Origin: Candidatus Thorarchaeota archaeon
Lineage (GTDB): Archaea; Asgardarchaeota; Thorarchaeia; Thorarchaeales; Thorarchaeaceae
Assembly (NCBI GenBank): GCA_011364905.1
Contig: RDNZ01000061.1
Location: 1-12,914, forward strand
DNA length: 12,914 nt
Reading direction: 5' to 3'
The position numbers were made by a program, and so were the translations under genes. How positions within the stretch are numbered: position 1 is the first letter of the stretch; each line of letters begins with the position of its first letter. Under the pieces are notes generated by a model, which was given only the letters and a program-made list of their open reading frames with translations, ran no database searches and was not told the origin of the DNA. This document shows, one piece after another, positions 6,706-12,914 of the stretch.

Positions 6706-7449
6706 ATGATCCGTGCCAAAACAGGAATTTCCGGACTTGACGAGCTTATTGGTGGCGGGATGATTGAAGGCAGCACCGTTCTATTATCTGGGCAGTCGGG
6801 ATCCGGAAAGACGATCTTTGGACTTCAATTCCTGTACAATGGGATTACTAAGTACAATGAACCAGGTGTGTTCGTTACTCTTGAAACACGACCAAATGAG
6901 CTCAGGGCTGAGGCCGGTCAATTCGGATGGGACCTTCATATCTTGGAAGAGAAGAACGAGTTAGTAATCATTGATGCGGCATCAAACAAAGCTGGTCAAC
7001 CAACTTCTGAGAGATATGCACTTCGGCGCGGATTCGATATGACCATGCTTGCCAGCGAAATCTATAGGGCAGTTGAAGAAGTCAAGGCGAAACGACTAGT
7101 GATTGATTGTATCTCAGCTCTTGGGATTAAATTCAGTGAGCCCTCAGAGGTGAGAAACGAGATATTTCGAATAAGTGCAATGCTTCGAGATGAACGCCTT
7201 AAGGTGACCTCCCTCTTCATTAGCGAAATAATAGAACCAAACTCGCTTAGTCGCGCAGGTGTCGAACAATTCATTGCACAAGGTCTAATTACTCTGAGGC
7301 TTTCAGAGGTGAATGGAGCTCTTGAGAGAGATCTTCTCATTTGGAAGATGAAACAAACTCCACATAGCCTGAAGAAACACTCGTTCAAAATTGGCAAATC
7401 AGGAATAGAGATTGCCACTAGAAAGAGCACAAAGACGAAGAAATCCTAG
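6706..7449 (+). CDS. Single-domain KaiC/RAD55-like RecA-superfamily ATPase
   Basis: 247 aa. KTGISGLDELIGGG, Walker A GQSGSGKT, GVFVTLE, FGWD, Walker B RLVIDC, R.L.IWKM..TPHS...F.I...GI. Starts 11 bp after the lrp stop, so probably co-transcribed. Confidence 0.92.
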   Translation: MIRAKTGISGLDELIGGGMIEGSTVLLSGQSGSGKTIFGLQFLYNGITKYNEPGVFVTLETRPNELRAEAGQFGWDLHILEEKNELVIIDAASNKAGQPTSERYALRRGFDMTMLASEIYRAVEEVKAKRLVIDCISALGIKFSEPSEVRNEIFRISAMLRDERLKVTSLFISEIIEPNSLSRAGVEQFIAQGLITLRLSEVNGALERDLLIWKMKQTPHSLKKHSFKIGKSGIEIATRKSTKTKKS

Positions 7450-7931
7450 AACAGCGAGAAAATCTGGATTACAAGATACCCCAACAGAAGAAACGGCAGC
7501 AATGGTGGAGTGATCTCTTTATCGTTTCTTTTGACTCTCCAGTAGAGATAGCCGCCAAGAAGCATGATGAAAAGCTCTCCACCGAGTCCCAAAATAGCCT
7601 CAAGAACTGGTTGATTCCAGTTTGCTAGTTCTATTCCAGGACTAAACAGGGACACAATAAAGAGAACCTTGGCATCAGCTCCACCTATCGAGCCCAATCT
7701 AAACAGAATGTATACCAGAGGGATGGTCAGTAATAATGCGGTCGCGTGCAAGACGATACTGGTAACAAAGTGGCTCGTGAAGACCGATATTGTGCCGCCA
7801 ATTATGACTCCAGCTAAAACAAGTTCATTCTTGACAGTTCTGTACCGTAGGTCGAGAATTGAATAGACCACTAGGAGCAATATGATGGTAATGAAGTGAA
7901 CAAAAGATACCAATGACAAATCAAGAACCAT
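7446..7931 (-). CDS. A24-family prepilin / class III signal peptidase (minimal form)
   Basis: 161 aa, very hydrophobic. First catalytic Asp in SILDLRYRTVKN, second in IGGADAK, C-terminal PPLLPFL. Its stop overlaps the KaiC-like gene's stop by 4 bp (CTAG). Confidence 0.85.
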   Translation of the reverse strand: MVLDLSLVSFVHFITIILLLVVYSILDLRYRTVKNELVLAGVIIGGTISVFTSHFVTSIVLHATALLLTIPLVYILFRLGSIGGADAKVLFIVSLFSPGIELANWNQPVLEAILGLGGELFIMLLGGYLYWRVKRNDKEITPPLLPFLLLGYLVIQIFSLF

Positions 7932-8088
7932 CGAGCTCTGACTCCTGCCACTAAATCATGTCAATCCTGTATATAGTCATAGCCTTTGGTCTTTACAGTA
8001 ACACAGATTAGGCACCTATCGGTTTTCGCGACCTGTGTGTGAGAGTGAAATACACGCCTCATAGCTTTACAGTTCAGAAGCTGATCGA

Positions 8089-8976
8089 ATGAATGACCCA
8101 TATCAAGTAATTCATGATACTACATTTCGTCTGTTGAAAAAGGCTGTCACAGAACTTCCCTCTGATATTAAGGAGGCTCTTGAAACCGCAAGGAATAATG
8201 AAACAGATGAAACCGCAAAGACCCAGCTCTCTGCTATTCTTACGAATTTAGAAATTGCAGAAACTGGTGTTCCTATGTGTCAAGACACTGGAATTATGAT
8301 CTTCTACGTAAAAGTCGGAGCCAAGTTCCCCTTCGCCGGTGAAATCAAAGAGGCCATAACTCAAGCTTGCCGAAAGGCGACCAAAGAAATCCCAATCAGG
8401 CCAAATGCAGTCAATCCCATTGTTGGAGGAAACTCTGGGGATAACACTGGCGTGAAGATTCCGTGGATAAACTGGGAGATTGTTGATGGTGACTCTGCAC
8501 AGATCACCGCGTTTCCAAAGGGTGGAGGAAGTGAAAACGCAAGTATTGTGGGAATGCTCAAACCCGGTGTTGGTCTGACTGGAGTGAAGAAACTTGTGGT
8601 CGATAATGCGTTTTCGTACATGGGAAAAGCCTGTGCTCCTAACATCATTGGAGTAGGCATTGGCGGCGGTGCGGACATTGCAATCAAGATTGCCAAGCAA
8701 CAATTGATGAGGCCTCTTAATGACAAGCACCCCGAACCTGAAGTTGCTAAGATTGAGGAAGAACTCATGGATGCCATCAACTCATCGGGGATCGGTCCTA
8801 TGGGTCTGGGTGGAAAGACCACAGTCCTAGGTGTGAAAGTTGACTATGCCATGCGTCATCCCGCCAGCCTTCCTGTTGGAGTTGCAGTCCAATGTTGGGC
8901 TGCACGACGAAGCACTGCAGTAATCTCGAAAGACCTCAAGGTCACGTACTTGACACATCCACTGGAGGGAAACTAA
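8089..8976 (+). CDS. fumA: Class I (Fe-S) fumarate hydratase, alpha subunit
   Basis: 295 aa. PMCQDTG, IRPN, GDNTG, KGGGSEN, ACAP..IGVGIGG, GIGPMGLGG.TT, HPAS, QCWAARR, giving three cluster cysteines. Confidence 0.92.
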   Translation: MNDPYQVIHDTTFRLLKKAVTELPSDIKEALETARNNETDETAKTQLSAILTNLEIAETGVPMCQDTGIMIFYVKVGAKFPFAGEIKEAITQACRKATKEIPIRPNAVNPIVGGNSGDNTGVKIPWINWEIVDGDSAQITAFPKGGGSENASIVGMLKPGVGLTGVKKLVVDNAFSYMGKACAPNIIGVGIGGGADIAIKIAKQQLMRPLNDKHPEPEVAKIEEELMDAINSSGIGPMGLGGKTTVLGVKVDYAMRHPASLPVGVAVQCWAARRSTAVISKDLKVTYLTHPLEGN

Positions 8977-8977
8977 G

Positions 8978-9586
8978 ATGGCGGAATATCATTTGACAAC
9001 CCCAATTTCAGAAGAGGCCGCTAGAAAACTCAAGGTCGGAGATGTGATCTACGTCACTGGCGAGCATGTATATACAGCACGTGACGAGGCACATGAACGA
9101 GCCATTGAGATGTTCGAGAAGGGAGAGAAACCCCCTGTAGACTTTGAAGGCAGTGTTATCTACCATGTAGGTCCTGTGGCTTGGAAGAAAGATGGAAAAT
9201 GGAAGATTGTTTCTGCCGGACCCACTACCAGCATCAGAATGGAGCTGTTCGAGGATGCGTTCCTCCGTGACTATAAGGCTCGAATCTTAGTTGGCAAGGG
9301 TGGGATGGGAAAGAAGACCCTTGCTGCTCTCAAGGAGGTTGGGGCTGTGTATTGTAGTTACACCGGGGGCTGTGGTGCATTGGCTGCTAAAGGCCTTAAA
9401 GAGGTCCGCGCATACGAATGGCAAGACCTTGGTATGCCAGAGGCTCTCTGGGTCATCACCGCTGAGGAGTTCGGTCCACTCCTTGTTACCATGGACTCAC
9501 ATGGCAAGAGCATACATGAAGAAATGGATAAGCTTGTCGCGAGTCGTAAGGCTGAGGTCTATGCCAAAATTGGTGTCAAAGAGTAG
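8978..9586 (+). CDS. fumB: Class I fumarate hydratase, beta subunit
   Basis: 202 aa. LKVGD, TARDEAH, YHVGP, GPTTSIRM, GKGGM, LGMPEA, FGPLLVTMDSHG. Starts 1 bp after the alpha stop, with GGAGG at 8964-8968. Confidence 0.92.
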   Translation: MAEYHLTTPISEEAARKLKVGDVIYVTGEHVYTARDEAHERAIEMFEKGEKPPVDFEGSVIYHVGPVAWKKDGKWKIVSAGPTTSIRMELFEDAFLRDYKARILVGKGGMGKKTLAALKEVGAVYCSYTGGCGALAAKGLKEVRAYEWQDLGMPEALWVITAEEFGPLLVTMDSHGKSIHEEMDKLVASRKAEVYAKIGVKE

Positions 9587-9589
9587 AAT

Positions 9590-9985
9590 CTATGGGATCA
9601 GAACCACAATCAACGAAATTAGTCCGAGCACAAGTGCAACCGATAATAAGCAATAGAAACAGCTTGTTTCACCTTGGTTCCGTATCATTCCGGATTTTAA
9701 TCCTAGGAGCCCACCCAGTACTGCAGCCACGTAAACAGCGAACTGTGGTGGGAGCACATATGGGCTATTAGGCCAATCGTTGAGTGCTGCGAATTCATAA
9801 AGTGGCAGTGTAATGGCTACGGCTACTAGAGGGATAACAATGACTAGTAGGACAAGTGTTTTTGAAGTACCTGAGTAGAATCCACGACCAGAATAATGTC
9901 CAGCCTCAATTCCAATGATCAGTGAAATCATACAGGACAGCATTGTGATTGTTAATGTTGTTACTGCCAATTCAAATCCCCACAA
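9590..9985 (-). CDS. Hypothetical four-TM membrane protein
   Basis: 131 aa, TTG start (uncertain). Four hydrophobic segments; fills the gap between fumB and the tfrA upstream region; AT-rich promoter-like sequence upstream. No family recognised. Confidence 0.6.
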   Translation of the reverse strand: MWGFELAVTTLTITMLSCMISLIIGIEAGHYSGRGFYSGTSKTLVLLVIVIPLVAVAITLPLYEFAALNDWPNSPYVLPPQFAVYVAAVLGGLLGLKSGMIRNQGETSCFYCLLSVALVLGLISLIVVLIP

Positions 9986-10006
9986 TCAGTATGACTTTAT
10001 ACCAAA

Positions 10007-10018
10007 ATAAACGTTTAT
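10007..10018. promoter_or_regulatory. Perfect 12-bp palindrome ATAAACGTTTAT, candidate operator
   Basis: Lies in the divergent spacer between the 4-TM gene and tfrA and overlaps a minus-strand TTTATTTT TATA-like element. Confidence 0.3.
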
Positions 10019-10124
10019 CGAAATCTTGACAAAATGAAACATCTACCCCGAGTTAACCAAACTCTCGTTCTTTGTAGCTAAACAGTAAGTCTTAAAGAGT
10101 GCCACAAGTCCGGACGGTTCAATC

Positions 10125-11843
10125 ATGGAGAAGCTCTCCACTGGAGGATTGTTGTTGGACTACAAGACAATCATGTGCGATGTTCTCGTTGTCGGTGCTG
10201 GCGGAGCCGGATGCCGTGCGGCAATAGAGGCTTCTAAGCACAACTTGGACGTCATCATGCTAAGTAAGGAGCTCCTCGGCAAGGCGCATACAGCCATGGC
10301 TGAGGGTGGCTATAATGTATCCCTGGGTAATGTAGACCCAGATGATAATCCCGAAACCCACTTCAAGGACACCATTGTTGGTGGTAATTATCTCAACAAT
10401 CAGAAACTTGCAGAGATCCTTGTTAATGACGCACCACAGCGTATCTTTGATTTAGAGGATATGGGGGCCGTTTTTGATAGGACTCCTGAGGGAAAGATTG
10501 CCCAGAGACCTTTTGGAAAACAGAGCTGGCGCAGAACAGCATATGCCTCTGACAGGACAGGGTCTGAGATTATGGTCACTCTTGTAGAAGGGGTTCGAAA
10601 GTCGTCTGTCCGTGTTTTTGACGAGGTCTTTTCCACGAAACTACTAGTTACAGATGGCAAAATCTCTGGAGTATGTGCTGTAGACCTGAAATATGGTGAC
10701 TATCTCGTATTTCGAGCAAAATCCGTCGTCATGGCTACAGGCGGGGCTGGAAGAATCTTCAGCGTCACGAGTAATGCGCAGCTCGATGTTGGTGATGGTT
10801 ATGGCATGGCTTACGAAGCAGGTTGTGAGATGATTGACATGGAGATGGTCCAGTTTCATCCAACTGGCATGGTCAAGCCCGAGTCCGCTAGGGGTCGATT
10901 GGTCACAGAAGCTGTCCGTGGTGAGGGAGGAATTCTTCTCAATAACAAGGGCGAACGCTTCATGAATCGCTACTATCCTCAAGTCATGGAGCTCGCAGGT
11001 CGTGACCAGGTTGCTCGTTCTATCATGACTGAGGTCAAAGAAGGAAGAGGCTCCCCAGATGGAGGTGTCTACCTGAGCATCGCACACCTTCCTCGTTCCA
11101 TCATCGAGTTTCGACTAGAGAGCATGATAGAGCAGTTTGAGGACGCGGGGGTTGATATTCGAGAAGAACCGATGCAGGTATCACCAACAGCCCACCATTT
11201 CATGGGTGGTATCAAAATCGACGAGGACTCGTCCACAAACATTCAGGGTCTCTATGCAGCTGGCGAGTGCACTGGTGGTGTCCATGGTGGAAACCGACTC
11301 GGTGGGAATGCCCTCGCAGATACACAAGTCTTTGGTGCAAAATCTGGAGAAAGTGCTGCAGAGTATGCAAAGAGTACAACTCATCTAGGTGTTAATCGAG
11401 ATGAGATTAACGAAGAATTCACAAGACTGGAGTTAATGCTGAAGCGCAAAGAGGGTGTTTCACCTGCTGATGCTCGCCACGAGCTCACTGAACTCATGTG
11501 GAGTAAAGTGCAGATCTTCAGAAAAGAGGATGAAATGCAGTATGCAGTGAAAGAGCTCAGACGTATTCAGAAAGAAGTAGTACCCATGATTAAAGTTGAT
11601 GTCCCTGTAAAGCGTTTCAATCCTGGTTGGCATCAAGCCATAGAATTTGCTCATATGGTCACAACGGCCAGAATGGTCGCAGAGGCAGCGGTGATACGAA
11701 AAGGTAGCAGAGGTGCCCACTTTCGAGTCGATGCTGATCCCAAAGATAAGGGCTATTACAATATCGTCATTCACAAGGGCAAAGAAGGTGAGATGGAGCT
11801 GCGAAAGGAAGATCTAGTGATCACCAAGATCACGCCACCATAG
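10125..11843 (+). CDS. tfrA: Fumarate reductase/succinate dehydrogenase flavoprotein, thiol:fumarate reductase subunit A type (start may be TTG 10155)
   Basis: DVLVVGAGGAG (FAD Rossmann), GKAHTAMAEGG, QRPFG, MATGG, QFHPTG, LVTEAVRGEGG, GRDQVAR, HHFMGG, AAGE, HGGNRLGGNAL, SRGAHFR. Catalytic His/Arg/Glu residues are intact. The tfr call rests on the adjacent CCG-fused B subunit. Confidence 0.88.
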   Translation: MEKLSTGGLLLDYKTIMCDVLVVGAGGAGCRAAIEASKHNLDVIMLSKELLGKAHTAMAEGGYNVSLGNVDPDDNPETHFKDTIVGGNYLNNQKLAEILVNDAPQRIFDLEDMGAVFDRTPEGKIAQRPFGKQSWRRTAYASDRTGSEIMVTLVEGVRKSSVRVFDEVFSTKLLVTDGKISGVCAVDLKYGDYLVFRAKSVVMATGGAGRIFSVTSNAQLDVGDGYGMAYEAGCEMIDMEMVQFHPTGMVKPESARGRLVTEAVRGEGGILLNNKGERFMNRYYPQVMELAGRDQVARSIMTEVKEGRGSPDGGVYLSIAHLPRSIIEFRLESMIEQFEDAGVDIREEPMQVSPTAHHFMGGIKIDEDSSTNIQGLYAAGECTGGVHGGNRLGGNALADTQVFGAKSGESAAEYAKSTTHLGVNRDEINEEFTRLELMLKRKEGVSPADARHELTELMWSKVQIFRKEDEMQYAVKELRRIQKEVVPMIKVDVPVKRFNPGWHQAIEFAHMVTTARMVAEAAVIRKGSRGAHFRVDADPKDKGYYNIVIHKGKEGEMELRKEDLVITKITPP

Positions 11844-11854
11844 GAGGCCAGAAG

Positions 11855-12914
11855 ATGACAAAGACATTCAAAACAAGCGTGCAGCGCTACAATCCTGACA
11901 GTGATGATGCACCATACTACCAAGAGTTTGATGTTGAATACGAACCTGGTATGACTGTTCTTGACACGCTGCTCTATATCCAAGACAAGTTCGATTCAAG
12001 CTTAGCATTTCGTTGGGAGTGCAGAGGCGGCCAGTGTGGTTCATGCGCCGTGAAAGTCAACAGAACTGCTCGCATCGCATGTCGGACCAAGGTGAATCCT
12101 GAGGAGAATCTGGTCCTCGAACCACTCGAAAAGATGCCTGTCATCAAGGACTTGGTCACTGATATGGCTCAGACATCGTATCGCATCAGACGTATCCGTC
12201 CATATGTTGCGCGCGATAAGCCGCCACAGCATCCAGAGATTATCCATGCCGAGGAGATTGAGAAAGTCCGTGAGATCCGTAAATGCATTGAGTGCAGTGC
12301 CTGTCTGTCCAACTGCCCAATTGTTCATGAAACCTGGGACTACCCGGGTCCAATGATTATCCGCCAGATTGCCAGACTTGCACTTGATCCACGTGATGTT
12401 GAAGATCGTGTTGCTATGGCGCTTGATGAGAAGGTCTATAGCTGCACGACCTGCAAAATGTGTACTGACATTTGTCCAAAGAAGATAGATGTCCCCTCGT
12501 TGGCTGTAGAGCTACTCCGTGCAAAGGCAGTCGAGGCTGGCTATCAACTGGTAGAGGGTCAGCAGGCATTTGTTGATGCAATCAATAAAACTGGCAGGTC
12601 TGTTCCTGTTAAGGATGCCCCTCTCCTCAAACAACTCGAGGATGCAGAGTTCTTTGTGGAAAACCCCCGAGACCGAGTTGCTTTCTTCACCGGCTGTCTC
12701 ATAGACTACCGGATGCAGAGTACTGGGAAGGCTTTGATTGAGGTACTGAACCGCAACAATGTGGATGTGGTTGTTCCCAAAGAACAGTGGTGCTGTGCTA
12801 GTCCAGCATTCAGGACTGGAGACCTCAACACTGCTCACGCTGCAGCACGAAGAGTCACTGAGATATTTGAGGAGGCCTGCAGGAAGTACGACTGCGACAC
12901 AGTGGTGGTCGCAT
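11855..12914 (+). CDS. tfrB: Thiol:fumarate reductase subunit B type (SdhB-like Fe-S domain fused to a CCG/HdrB-D-like domain), truncated by window edge
   Basis: Not in the ORF track. ATG 11855 after GGAGG (11843-11847); open for 353 codons to the edge. CRGGQCGSC...C ([2Fe-2S]), CIECSACLSNCP and CTTCKMCTDICP (two [4Fe-4S]), then VAFFTGCLIDY...VVVPKEQWCCASP (first CCG-type domain, C281-x31-C313C314). Confidence 0.9.
   Translation, partial: MTKTFKTSVQRYNPDSDDAPYYQEFDVEYEPGMTVLDTLLYIQDKFDSSLAFRWECRGGQCGSCAVKVNRTARIACRTKVNPEENLVLEPLEKMPVIKDLVTDMAQTSYRIRRIRPYVARDKPPQHPEIIHAEEIEKVREIRKCIECSACLSNCPIVHETWDYPGPMIIRQIARLALDPRDVEDRVAMALDEKVYSCTTCKMCTDICPKKIDVPSLAVELLRAKAVEAGYQLVEGQQAFVDAINKTGRSVPVKDAPLLKQLEDAEFFVENPRDRVAFFTGCLIDYRMQSTGKALIEVLNRNNVDVVVPKEQWCCASPAFRTGDLNTAHAAARRVTEIFEEACRKYDCDTVVVA

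Noticed and set aside
6706-7449. True circadian KaiC or recombinase RadA/RadB
   Set aside because: Single domain, no ST phospho-sites, no kaiA/kaiB in the window, and no RadA N-terminal domain or RadB KHR motif.
8089-9586. L-tartrate dehydratase TtdAB
   Set aside because: The KGGGSEN motif and proximity to a fumarate reductase favour fumarate hydratase.
10125-11843. L-aspartate oxidase NadB or APS reductase AprA
   Set aside because: Has the FAD-attachment His motif and is directly followed by an SdhB-like Fe-S subunit; no nadA/nadC in the window.
43-12838. Many short or antisense ORFs in the track (e.g. 80-391, 5026-5436, 7062-7430, 8248-8730, 8361-8822, 9291-9656, 10644-11087, 12041-12328, 12512-12838)
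   Set aside because: They overlap well-supported genes in another frame or strand, show no recognisable motifs, and look like shadow ORFs.

Overview
Gene-dense archaeal chromosomal window. The archaeal-type RqcH, GGAGG/GGTGA ribosome-binding sites, TATA-like boxes and a eukaryote-like EMC6/OPTI homologue suggest an Asgard archaeon such as Thorarchaeia, but this taxonomy is inference only. Left, minus strand: rqcH, a CBS-pair + Cys4 ribbon protein, a 4xCBS protein, dihydroorotase and an AMMECR1-family gene (runs off the left edge, absent from the ORF track). Middle: a 110-aa EMC6/RAB5IF(OPTI)-like membrane protein divergent from rqcH, a palindrome/repeat-rich spacer, an Lrp/AsnC regulator, a single-domain KaiC-like ATPase with altered catalytic motifs, and a convergent minimal A24 prepilin peptidase. 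Right: two-subunit class I fumarate hydratase, an antisense 4-TM orphan, and a thiol:fumarate reductase-type pair (TfrA, plus TfrB with SdhB and CCG domains, which runs off the right edge and is absent from the ORF track). I saw no rRNA, tRNA, CRISPR array or mobile element. The best leads are the OPTI-like gene head-to-head with rqcH, and a Tfr-architecture enzyme whose flavoprotein keeps the covalent-FAD histidine.
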